The notes beneath the pieces are model-generated. The model did no database searches. It was not told the origin of the DNA and worked only from the letters and a program-made list of their open reading frames with translations. A DNA stretch of 64,000 nt from contig NC_027219.1 in assembly GCF_000981445.1 (NCBI RefSeq), positions 558,001 to 622,000 on the forward strand, written 5' to 3'. The DNA comes from Babesia bigemina (lineage: Eukaryota). The translations under genes were made by a program, and so were the position numbers. Shown here one piece after another: positions 33,106 through 43,479 of this stretch. Positions within the stretch are counted from its first letter, which is position 1. Each line of letters begins with the position of its first letter.

Positions 33106-34382
33106 ATGATCGCGCGTGGACGCCTCGCCCGAAGGTTAAGAATTACTAACACTGTCGCTGACGGCATCCGCCCGAGCGTTTTTTGTAAGCGGTCAAGATT
33201 CACCGCGCCAGTAGCAGCGGAAGCTCCGACGCATTTAAGGCTGCAGAGTTAGTGAGACACTGATCGACTAATAATGCTCCTGCAGAGGCCGCTGTAACTC
33301 GTCCAACTGTGCAATTACCCAGTTGGCTGTCAGTGACTGATCCTGCGGCTCCTTCTGAAGAAGTTTGCGACGCTGTTTCTACGGAACTCTCGCCCCGGTT
33401 GCGCAACGTCAGGCCGTTTAGCGCCACGCAGCTAGCTCTGTTCAAGGCTCACCCGGTCGTTCAGGCCACACCGTCGCGCAAGAATGAAGTTGTGAAGCAC
33501 CTTTGGAGGCTACGAGTTAACGCTGCGTACCGGAAGGCTCAGGACCGAAGGCTCGTCACGTCGGCCGGCGTAGTCCTGCATATGCTAAAGCACACCGGTT
33601 GCCTGTTCAATAACATTTTTACGTCGGACAGAGGACTGGTCGAGTCAATATTGGCCGCTGAGGAATACCGCTCGCGGTACAGCCGCGTGCAACTCGTGAA
33701 CAGGTCGATAGTGAAGTACTGTCTTCGAGGCACCACCGCCGCAGTCGAGAGCGCGGACACGCTCGCTGAGGCGATAGTCCCCAAACCCAGTGTACCGCAT
33801 AAACCACGGTACGTTGTTGAGGCAAAAGTGTGTGACGGTGTGCAGGCTTGTCCTCGCCCTGGACAACGTCCGTTATCCGCAGAACATTGGCAGCATTGTA
33901 CGGTCGGCGGTTGCTTTCAACGTCGACCTGGTTTTCTACCTGAAAGGGACGGCCGATCCCTTCGACTGGAAGGTCTCGCAAATTACGGGCGGGCTGCAGT
34001 TCATGCTCCCGTACGTCAGAGGTATGGTGCTTGCGCGCCAGTTCACGCCGTGCAGGTGACGCCCGCGAGCTCAAGCGACTTTGCAAAATCCACAGGCTTA
34101 CTCCGGTGGTCGCCCATCTTGAGGGGCAGCAGGTTGACGACCTCGAGATTAAGCAGGGCCTGTGCATTATTCTGTCGAACGAATCGCACGGTCCTGATCC
34201 AGACATCCTCAAGTTCGCGAAAAGGTGAGTTCAGCCGCTGCCTCCGTGCGCCATGTCATTTCAGGGTCGCGCTACCTATGCATCCGCTCGTTAACTCGCT
34301 AAATGTTTCCGTCGCAGGGGCCATACTGATTCACGAGCTTCAGACACGTTTATGCGCTGTGACGGCAGGCGCCGGTAACTGA
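33106..34382 (+). CDS. SpoU/TrmH-family (SPOUT) RNA 2'-O-methyltransferase, probably mitochondrial, multi-exon
   Basis: LALDNVRYPQNIGSIVRSAVAF (motif 1), ILSNESHG (motif 2), LPM...NSLNVSVAGAIL (motif 3). Arg-rich N-terminus MIARGRLARRLR splices in frame. Confidence 0.85.
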
Positions 34383-34390
34383 CAGTAAAG

Positions 34391-35504
34391 ATGGCGTATT
34401 CGCGCGGGTCAAACGATGACCCCAAGACCCACTTTTTGACCGGACTGCCGGATGACTCTATATCGCACATCTCGTGGACGCACACCGCCAACCCGCTCCT
34501 GCTGGGCGCAGGGAGCTGGGACAAGAGCGTCCGGCTCTGGAGGGTAGCGCCCGCTATCGGCAACATGGTGACATCTGAATCCGTGATGCTGTACCGCCAG
34601 GAAGCGCCGGTGCTGGCCAGCTGCTTCTCGGCCGACGGCACCAAGTTCTTCGCCGGCGGATGCAGCAACACCGTCATGGCGTACGACCTCGTCAGCCGCA
34701 ACCCGACGGGCATGCTGGTGGCTAAACACGACAAGCCGGTGATAGGTGTGTACTGGGTGCAAAAGCTCAACGCCATCATGACGACGAGCTGGGACGGCAA
34801 AATATGCATGTGGGACGGCCGACAGCAGCAGCCCATGTGGACTGAGAACATTGAGACGAAGATATTCGCGTCGCATTTCCGCCCGAACATTGTGTGCGTC
34901 GCCGGGAGCAACGGGAAAATCCACGCGTGGAACTTGGACAACATCCAGCACGCGAAGAGCAAGGTCACGCTGGATTCCATACTCAAGTGCCAAGTGCGTT
35001 CACTGTGCCTCTTCCCCAACGTGACCGATAAGTCCGGGATCGTGTACACGTCAATTGGGGGCCGGGCGGTCGTGAGCTACTTCACGGAGGAGAACAGGTC
35101 GCATAACTTCTCCTTCAAGTGCCACCGGCAGGACGTGCCGGGCAAGTCCGCGCAAATCCACCCGGTGAACGCGGTGGACTTTCACAACGTCCATGGCACT
35201 TTCGTCACCGGCGGAGGAGATGGCGTCATCACCATCTGGGACAAGGAGCACAGGTCGCGGGTCAAGACGTTCAACAACGTCGACTCCCCCGTCGTGGACG
35301 TCAAGATACACTCCGAGTCTAACATGCTGGCGTACGCCACGAGCTATGACTGGTACAAGGGCCTAGACCAGGACCTGCTTGCGAAGACCAGGCGCCAGAT
35401 CGGGATTATGCAGGTAGGTCGTCGGCCGTCGGTAGACACATTTCGCTCAGCTGCGAGACGAGGACGTAAAGGGGCGCCCCAAGACCATTGGCGGCCGTAG
35501 ATAA
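34391..35504 (+). CDS. RAE1: mRNA export factor Rae1/Gle2 (WD40)
   Basis: PDDSISHISW, GSWDKSVRLW, SI.GRA.V, NFSFKCHR, TFVTGGGDG...WDK..R, AYATSYDWYKG. Terminal intron 35414-35450. Confidence 0.88.
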
Positions 35505-35624
35505 AGCGAAAACAATTTTTTTCCCTAATATTTTGCTACATGCGCATGATTCAGCTGCGGTTGCGGAAAATTCCTGGTGGTTTTCGCCACGTGGAATCCT
35601 GCGCAGCAGTTCACTTTAAAAAAA

Positions 35625-37173
35625 ATGGATGCCCACCGTCACAATTGGCTCGTCAACACTAGGGTGCTCTACAATTTTATCAGCAGCATTCGGCTGCCAC
35701 ACCAGCCGATTGCTGTGGAGTTCCTGCCGGAACTGCCGGGGTAGGCCTGCAGTTGTCACACATCAGCGCTTCCAGGCGTCGCGAACCCGCCGGGGATGTC
35801 GCGTTCTGCCAATTGGCCTGCGGTCTGCGGTCGGAGCAGGGAGAGAAGGTCGCTCTTTACTTGCTAGAGGTACAGTGTCGCGTCCTGTGCGACTCGACAC
35901 CTGGTGCAGGTGGCCCTGCCGGCTCAGCCCATAAGCGAGGAAATTCGCCGCTACAGCAAATGCTTGGACTACGAGGGGTTCCCGCTTCCGGGCTACCCCG
36001 AGCCGATGTACCAGTGCATCACCAAGGCTGAGCTCGACTGCGGCATACAAAGGTGCGGAGCGCCTGCGTGATTCCACACATTTGCAGCCTGAAATCTCAC
36101 AGCTACAACGACAAGTGCTTCCTTGCCGCGAAACAAAAGGATGGTGCGTCAGGAGCGCCCCTTCCACACATCTTTGCAGTGTTCATCTTCAAGCTTGAGG
36201 GTGGTGTCTCCGAGGAACGAGGTTAGTCCATTCGCCTTGGGCTTCCGCCACACCGCGCAGACATGAAGCCGTTGCACACGTTCCAGGATCACGAGGAAGA
36301 GGGGTAGGACACGCTAGTCGCTCCAGCAGACCTTCCACAGATACGGCCTGGCGTTTCACAAGGTACGGCCCATGTTGGGGTCCTGTTCCGAGGACGGGCG
36401 CTTCAACGTCTGGGATGTTTCGGGTACGCCAGCTGCAACTGCGCCTCACCGCTTACAGAACTCGCACCTGTGTACCAGTTCAGCTCGCCCGTGGTGCTGA
36501 ACTCCGTGGAGTTGCTTGAACACGAGAACCAGGCGCTTGTCGCCGCGGAGGACGGCCACGTGCTCATGTAGGTGCAGGCCCCCGCGTTTCAATGCTGCGC
36601 AGCATGGACTTAAGGCAGCCCGTCGTCGCCGGCAAGACCGCCAAGGTCGACAGCGCCGTCAACACCCTGACAATCCACTGCGTCAACACTGACATCTTCG
36701 CCTCCGGAACCGCCAGCGGGGTGAGTCGCAGCGCCGCACCCGCGATGCATACATGCCCAGGTTGTACAGCTGTGGGACATACGCAAGCTAGACGCGCCTT
36801 TGAGCGGAATCCAGGCGCACGATGCTGCCGTCATCAAGCTCCAGTTCAACCACTATTTCCCCATGCTGATTGGCAGCGCCGCTGAGGATTCCACCGTGCG
36901 CGTCTTCGACCTGGAGGCCCCATACAGCGAGGACGAGGATGCTACCCCCACGAACGACGAGGAATGTGATGGCGAACCCATCGAGCTGCTGTTCACGCAC
37001 GTCGGGCACCGCGAGCACGTCTACGACTTCTGTTGGGGTACTGAGGAGCTTACTGAGACGGTTTGTGTCTGTTAGTGTGACATATAAGTGTACAGTACAT
37101 TGCCTCCGTGGGCGATGACTACGGCCTCCAGCTTTGGCAGATTACCGACGACGTGCTGGACTTCTCGGCGTAA
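35625..37173 (+). CDS. Histone-binding WD40 protein, CAF-1 subunit C / RBBP4/MSI1-like, many exons
   Basis: N-terminus NWLVNTRVLYNFI.S..L....AVEFLP resembles the CAF1C H4-binding motif. C-terminus P.ELLFTH.GH...V.DF.W and IASVGDD..LQLWQ. Confidence 0.75.
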
Positions 37174-37194
37174 GAGGCCAGTTAAAACAAAAAC

Positions 37195-39354
37195 TTAATT
37201 ACTTGCGGTCTTGAACAGTGTGTCGAAGTTTTCCTTTCGTACGTTAGCTGCCCCCAAGGGGGTGGGAGTGTGCTCCAATGGCTCGACGCTACACGCTGGG
37301 TAGCCGCCTATGAGGGTGTGCTTCAGCAAAACAGCGGCCTTGATGTTTTTCACCGTCGGGGCGAAGTAGGCGGCGGACTGGGGGTGGTCGCCGGAGGGCG
37401 CGACGATAAAGCTGTATCCTCTGTTCTGCGGCGGCACCACCCGGCAGTTGTAGTACAACACAGAGCCCATGGACACCTCCGGGTGGTACTGCGGCCGCAG
37501 CACCCATACGTTCTGTAGCGGTTGATGCTCCCATGTGAGTCCGGGTCCCATTTCGACAAGCGAGCTTGCCAGGTTCACGTCAACCGTCTGGCCAGAGCTC
37601 GGCGGGTTGAAAATGACGTTCTCCATCGCCACAAAGTTCCCTGATCCCTTGACCGTCTCCCGCATGGCGCGAACGCCCGACTCGGAGTTGGTAATGGCGA
37701 GCCTCGCTGGGGTTTGGTTGTAGTGCTCGTAGTAAATGGTCGTCTCAGACCCCAGGTTCAGTTCGGCCATGTCTAGAATCGAGTTACCGACAACCACCAG
37801 GCCGCTCGGCGCATTGGGCTTAACCTTCAGGATCGTGATGCCGGAGCGGTCCACCAGGAGCTGGGTGTTCGTGAGTTCCTTCAGAGGCGTGCAGAGGCTC
37901 GACGACTGCTTGTGGTGATGTACAACATCCGCCAAGCAGACGATGTCGCCCTTCACGGTGCTGGGGCCCTGACGGTCCGCGCTGCTGCCGTTGCCCGCAC
38001 GATTCAGTAATGGGTAAATGTCGGCGAAAGAGCTCGCCAACAAACCCAGCTCGTTGATTTCCACGGGACGCAGGTGGCTCATTTTGGTTCCGTACCACTT
38101 CTTCAGCGAGTAGGAGAAGCCTTGACGAGTCACCAGGGTGGCATAGTTGGTGGAGAGCATCGGAGTCGTGAGGGCCAGGAGCACGAACGTGTGGCCTTCG
38201 GGCAACGTGTACTCGATGTTGTGGAATTTGACTTTGTTCACGTACGCGGGGCGGTTGTCGTCACTCTCCGAGGGATCCTTGTATCGGTAGTATTTGCCGT
38301 TGCTCACTTCGCGCATCTCGATGGGCGAGTAGTCGCCCCTTGTCTTCTCCGTATCGAGGGTGAATCCCTCGCCAACGTAACTCGGGATAATCGGTTCGTG
38401 GCGGCTGGGAAGATCGCGGAACCCGTTGAAGACGTCGGAGTCAATCACCGGCATCAGGTACGCCGCGTTGGTGCCGACGCCATAGACGCTGTAGAACGAC
38501 TCCACCCATATGTCGCCCACCAACGAGGCGTTAACCAAGTGATAGGCACCATCAATAGCATCCGAGTGGCACACGGTAAACTTCGAACACAAACGTGGGA
38601 TCGGGATCTTCGTCTTGTAGAAATAGATGCCATTCCACAAGTGGTCCTTGTTGTCGAACGAGGCGCACATCACCTTTAGGTTGTTGTGGCGGCACCAATC
38701 TTTGGTGGTAGCCACCTTGCCGTAGGTTGAGGGGTCAGCGAGATCGATCTTCATGCTCGGCATCTCGTATTGCTGTTCGGGTACCTGCGGCTGCGTCTGG
38801 ACGATGCCGAAGGTCCACAGGCTCTGCAGGACGCCAGCCAGCTGCGAGAAGAAGGAGTACGTTTCCGGAGCGGGGTACTCCTTCCTGAAAACGCAGAAGA
38901 CCTGCGGAGTGAACACACGGTTCCAGAAGACATTCGACAGGCTGGAGTACAGCTCTTCGTCGTATCGGCGTTCGAAGAGCCCGCCGCCGATTTCGTAGGT
39001 GATCAGAATCTGCGAAGTGGTCAGAGAGTTGGCGACCTTGACCTGGAGGTTGCGTGCGTGCGGCATGACATACATGACCTGGTTGCCCATCAACAGCAGT
39101 ATGGCGGAGCGGATGGGCCGGCGGTCCTCGATGCTGTAAACGTACGTGCTCTGGTCCAGGTAGCGGATTGATATTCCGTTACATAGCTCCTGCGGGGAAA
39201 CGTCCAGAACGTCCACGACCATCTCCTGAGGTGCCATCGTGATGCAGGGCTGCTTGGCACAAGTTCCCAGCTGGCACTCCGCGCCCGGCGCCGCTAGCAG
39301 CCGTATGGCGGCTGCGTAAATTAGGAAAACGCATAATTGGCCGTAGAACGCCAT
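37195..39354 (-). CDS. Secreted hypothetical protein, 719 aa, intronless
   Basis: Long ORF with a signal peptide (MAFYGQLCVFLIYAAAIRLLAAPGAEC) and beta-rich composition. No TM or GPI tail seen. Confidence 0.8.
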   Translation of the reverse strand: MAFYGQLCVFLIYAAAIRLLAAPGAECQLGTCAKQPCITMAPQEMVVDVLDVSPQELCNGISIRYLDQSTYVYSIEDRRPIRSAILLLMGNQVMYVMPHARNLQVKVANSLTTSQILITYEIGGGLFERRYDEELYSSLSNVFWNRVFTPQVFCVFRKEYPAPETYSFFSQLAGVLQSLWTFGIVQTQPQVPEQQYEMPSMKIDLADPSTYGKVATTKDWCRHNNLKVMCASFDNKDHLWNGIYFYKTKIPIPRLCSKFTVCHSDAIDGAYHLVNASLVGDIWVESFYSVYGVGTNAAYLMPVIDSDVFNGFRDLPSRHEPIIPSYVGEGFTLDTEKTRGDYSPIEMREVSNGKYYRYKDPSESDDNRPAYVNKVKFHNIEYTLPEGHTFVLLALTTPMLSTNYATLVTRQGFSYSLKKWYGTKMSHLRPVEINELGLLASSFADIYPLLNRAGNGSSADRQGPSTVKGDIVCLADVVHHHKQSSSLCTPLKELTNTQLLVDRSGITILKVKPNAPSGLVVVGNSILDMAELNLGSETTIYYEHYNQTPARLAITNSESGVRAMRETVKGSGNFVAMENVIFNPPSSGQTVDVNLASSLVEMGPGLTWEHQPLQNVWVLRPQYHPEVSMGSVLYYNCRVVPPQNRGYSFIVAPSGDHPQSAAYFAPTVKNIKAAVLLKHTLIGGYPACSVEPLEHTPTPLGAANVRKENFDTLFKTASN

Positions 39355-39649
39355 CCTTATCTGGCATTCACAACAACGGCGCCGCTGCGACGTGGGTGGG
39401 CGGACACACCAAAAGTATTGTCCCTTGGCGCTTACGCCAGATACGACCCGTGCATGAAACTAAAAACGCGCATTTCAGACGCGCATTGGTGCCACCAGTA
39501 GCGAAGGAATGAATGCCCGCGGCCGCGACCGGAACGACGACACCACGCACCACGCGGAAGCCGCGCGCCGCTGCCGGAGTGGGAAAGACAGCTGAAAGCC
39601 TCATTATTTAAAATTAAATTAAGACATAAGAGCGTCAAAACGTTACATG

Positions 39650-42600
39650 CTACGACAGGTTGTTCATCACGAAGTGAATGCTGGAGTGGTCCGTAGCGTC
39701 CACCCTCGACATGTCCACCGTTTCGAAGGATCCCCTACCGGTGAATTTGTACGCCTGCGCCATCACTCCCGCGATGGTGCGCACAACAATCAGTACTATT
39801 TCGTCTTTCGGTCCCACGGAGTGGTACACATGCTTCACAATCTGCTTCGGCACTCCGCGGATGATTGCGCCCTTGTACATGATGTGGTCAATGACGCATC
39901 CCGAGGAGGCAAGCGTGGTGTAGACGGTGGTGCTCGGGTCGCGGGTCATCTTGATAATCACTGGCGACTTAGCGCCGACAGCCAAATCCAGGTTCACCGT
40001 CGCCAGCTCGCTGCGAAGCTGAGTGTGGCGGGTCAGAATGTGGTTCACGGTTACGAACTCCAGGTTGCTCAGTGGTCCCCAGTTGCAGTTGTATTCGCGG
40101 GGGCGCCTGAGCATCTTCGCGTCGTTGGAGTTCTCCACGGTGTAGAACGCCGAGACGGGCTTCTCCTCGGCGGTGTAGTGTACGTGCAGCGTCGCTGTCT
40201 CCGACTTCTGGCCTGGGTAGGTAACCCAGAGGTGGAAGCGGCCGGAAGACTGGTCCACAATCACGGTGTGCGTTCCGAACACCACGCGCAGACCGGTATG
40301 CATGACGTTGCCCGTGAAGTACACCTTGTTTTCAGACAGGGTCAGGTACCGCACGTAGTGCGGGAAAATGCCGTTGTTGAAGTCCACAACATCCAAATTG
40401 TCGAAATGACGCGCGTAGTCAGCGAACATTTCGTTAACATCCACGAAGCGGCCTTCTGCCGCGTTGGATTCCTCGTCATCCCTGACGAAACGGAAGAAAC
40501 CGGAACCGGGGTTCTTCTCACGGAAGTTAATCATAGAAGAGCCTCCGTCTGAGTGGCTCAGGTCGGCGCTGATTTCACGCAAGCCATCCGGCTGCTGGGA
40601 AATGGTGACCTTGACACACTTGTAGGCCGACACGAACTGAATCTCGTGGTGGCCGAATACCAGCGGATTGAACACCTTAGAGGTATCACTGGGCTTCACA
40701 ACCGTGACCTTGATGTTGCCAATCTTAGACGTAACCGATTTCACGTCACTGAAATTGAGGTTTTCCAACATCAGTGGGACGGCATCCTTGTTCAGTGCCG
40801 GGTAGAGGCGACGACGGAAGGTTACAATGGCGTCAGTAGTCATCTTGTTGTTAGTGTTAATCCTGTCGTGCTTGATACCCTTGGGGACCATGGTGTAAAT
40901 GTTGTACACGTTGCCTTCGCCCTCCGCGTTACGGAAGACCTGGCGCCACCGGTGTCCGGCTTCAGTCTCCGCCGAAGTCTGGCCGATCTTCAAGACACCC
41001 ACGCTGAACTCGTGGTCGTGGTTCAAGAACAACGTCGACATGTTGTGGTAAGTGAAGGCGGCATTTCCAATACGGCCGTCGTGGAAGTCGGCAAGCACCG
41101 GAAGCTTCTCAGGGATTATACTATACCACGTGTTCTGCAGGGCATTGCGGAGATCGTTCACGCTGGAAGCAGTTGAGCACTGCACCTTGCTGAGTAGCCT
41201 CAACTTGTTGTACAAAATGTTTTCCTCCATGGCGTACAGGTATCTGTCAATGCGGTTGCCCTGGGCAACGAAGTCGTCGACCAACAAGTACTTCTGCGCG
41301 CTGCCGGTAATGACTGTGAAAATTGGGTTGCTCGTCTCCTCAAACATGAGCTGCTCGCGTCCCCAAACGAAGACCAAAATGCGACTTTCCGCATTTTGTG
41401 GAGTGTACACAACGACGTTATTGGACACCATGAACAGCTCGACATCACCATTTACCATTGGGTCGTTCAGGTTCAGAGTAATCATGCTCTGCACCGGAGT
41501 GACACCATCCTTCGTAATGCGATCGAATTCGGCCAAATTGTACTCCTTCAGCAACTTAAACTTTTTGTTCGCATCCACCAGCGTTGCACTGTTTCCGTTA
41601 GTCTCGTACAGTTGCATCTCCTTCACACCATCCTGCACCAGAGCAATCACAGTCTTCTTTCCATTTTCAGCCACCAGCACCTGCGTGTTCATCGATGCCT
41701 TCAACGTCATCGACTGTTCCTTGCCGATCACGAGGTTTTTGAACCCCAAGCAGGCGCCCAAACTCGGGGTGTAGAGGATCATCCCGTGGCCGACCTGCCC
41801 GGCGAGCACATCAGCCTCGTTGTAGTCCATGATGTCCAAGTCGACGAACTTGGCCATGCTGATCCTTTCGTTATGTGGCAAGCTCAAATACTGCACCGGG
41901 AGAGCGTGTCTCAGCAAGGAGAACGTATGCTGATCACAGAGTGGCATGTCCGGAGGCACTGACTTTTCCAAAGAGACGCGCGCAGAAATCAGGCCAAACT
42001 TTGTGCCGTTGACCGAGGCCAAACTGATCCTGCGCTGGAACTTCTTGTCGATCTCAGTGAACGCCAAGTATGTGTACCCGTCTGCTTCGGCGATTCCCAG
42101 GTCGAAGCCGTTGTGGCTACCGTGCACCGCCAACTTCATGATGACCTTCAGGTTTTCCCTCGACAGGGGACGGATCAAGTAGTGCTTCGTCTCGGGGTAG
42201 GCAAGCACAACAAGCTCCGACTCAAATGGATGGTCACGGGTGTTGCCGAAGTTGTACGACAGCTCTACGAGTTCCTTGGTGTAGTTAGGCAATGGAAGCG
42301 CGGTCTCCAACTTCTCGGGGGAGTCCGTCACCGCGGCAAAGGAGTCAACCACCTCATACTGCGACTCGGCGACGGACAAACATTTGTAGTACGTGTGCGT
42401 GGAGTGGGTAGGGAAAACTTCGGCAATGACCACATACTTGATATTTTCGTGTTTCCCCGATTCGAAGAAACGCCAGACGTAGAGGTCGGTGCTTCCAGGC
42501 ATGAGGGTCATCGGCATCGTACGGAAAATAACGTCACCAATGCTCTCGGTTCCAGCAGAAGGGCTGCGGTTGTAAATGAGATCGTACGTCGACGCCTTGT

Positions 42601-43294
42601 GGTTGACCATACCAATAGGACAGTTGGATTCCTTGATGTTGAGGGTCTGCTTGACGACTGGCTTGGGGGTGGTCCAGCCGAGGCTGCTCATGACGGTGGC
42701 CCAGGTGTCCGAGAGGACGTTACCCTCGCTAGCCACCTGCTTCAACCACCACACCTTCCTTCTGGCGCGGTACAGGCGCATGGAAACACGTTCGCCAAAG
42801 CCGTCGAACGACTCGATCAAAACACACAGACGCTTGAGGTCATCCTTGTAAGTCAGGATCGTACGCCTGTCGTATTCACCGTACTCCTGGAGCAGCTGGC
42901 TGTAGTACATGACGTCGCCGAGGGTGGGATTGTTGTAGGTGTGGGGAAGCAGGTCCGTATTGACCTGGTAAAGGAGGATGTTGGTACGCTTGTTGACGGT
43001 GTCATCATCTTGGGGAGTGGCTTCTATGGCGTCGTGGTGCTTGCGGCTGAACAAGTCGATGTAAATGTACTTGTTTGACAAGATGTCGTCGTTGGTGGCC
43101 TTGTTGACCCATGGCACGCACCCCGACTTACGGAAGATGTATGGAATGGCGTGGAAAAACATGCTAACCTTACCACTACCTTTGTTGCGGCCGAAGAACC
43201 ACAGGAAGGCGTCACAGGGTAGGAATGCGGTGCTCGAGAGTACAACGCCGAGTAGCGCGACTAGCGTAACGAACCGCATTCTGCCGAGCTTCAT
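39650..43294 (-). CDS. Large secreted protein, 1214 aa, intronless; possibly spherical body protein 3-like (tentative)
   Basis: Signal peptide MKLGRMRFVTLVALLGVVLSSTAFLPCDA and repeated beta-rich modules. Size is compatible with SBP3, but that identity was not verified. Confidence 0.8.
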   Translation of the reverse strand: MKLGRMRFVTLVALLGVVLSSTAFLPCDAFLWFFGRNKGSGKVSMFFHAIPYIFRKSGCVPWVNKATNDDILSNKYIYIDLFSRKHHDAIEATPQDDDTVNKRTNILLYQVNTDLLPHTYNNPTLGDVMYYSQLLQEYGEYDRRTILTYKDDLKRLCVLIESFDGFGERVSMRLYRARRKVWWLKQVASEGNVLSDTWATVMSSLGWTTPKPVVKQTLNIKESNCPIGMVNHKASTYDLIYNRSPSAGTESIGDVIFRTMPMTLMPGSTDLYVWRFFESGKHENIKYVVIAEVFPTHSTHTYYKCLSVAESQYEVVDSFAAVTDSPEKLETALPLPNYTKELVELSYNFGNTRDHPFESELVVLAYPETKHYLIRPLSRENLKVIMKLAVHGSHNGFDLGIAEADGYTYLAFTEIDKKFQRRISLASVNGTKFGLISARVSLEKSVPPDMPLCDQHTFSLLRHALPVQYLSLPHNERISMAKFVDLDIMDYNEADVLAGQVGHGMILYTPSLGACLGFKNLVIGKEQSMTLKASMNTQVLVAENGKKTVIALVQDGVKEMQLYETNGNSATLVDANKKFKLLKEYNLAEFDRITKDGVTPVQSMITLNLNDPMVNGDVELFMVSNNVVVYTPQNAESRILVFVWGREQLMFEETSNPIFTVITGSAQKYLLVDDFVAQGNRIDRYLYAMEENILYNKLRLLSKVQCSTASSVNDLRNALQNTWYSIIPEKLPVLADFHDGRIGNAAFTYHNMSTLFLNHDHEFSVGVLKIGQTSAETEAGHRWRQVFRNAEGEGNVYNIYTMVPKGIKHDRINTNNKMTTDAIVTFRRRLYPALNKDAVPLMLENLNFSDVKSVTSKIGNIKVTVVKPSDTSKVFNPLVFGHHEIQFVSAYKCVKVTISQQPDGLREISADLSHSDGGSSMINFREKNPGSGFFRFVRDDEESNAAEGRFVDVNEMFADYARHFDNLDVVDFNNGIFPHYVRYLTLSENKVYFTGNVMHTGLRVVFGTHTVIVDQSSGRFHLWVTYPGQKSETATLHVHYTAEEKPVSAFYTVENSNDAKMLRRPREYNCNWGPLSNLEFVTVNHILTRHTQLRSELATVNLDLAVGAKSPVIIKMTRDPSTTVYTTLASSGCVIDHIMYKGAIIRGVPKQIVKHVYHSVGPKDEIVLIVVRTIAGVMAQAYKFTGRGSFETVDMSRVDATDHSSIHFVMNNLS

Positions 43295-43479
43295 ATCTAC
43301 ACGCTGCGCAAGAATTTACTAATATGCATAGAGTTCAAATGCAGATAGAAGTCCTCAGCGGGACCCTCTCTTATTATCCAATCTTCGGATGGCAAGTCCT
43401 TGGGTAAACCGACATGAAAAAATTCATTACATCACACAGGTGTTGACGCTATCGTGAGCAACATTATGATCACAAAATA

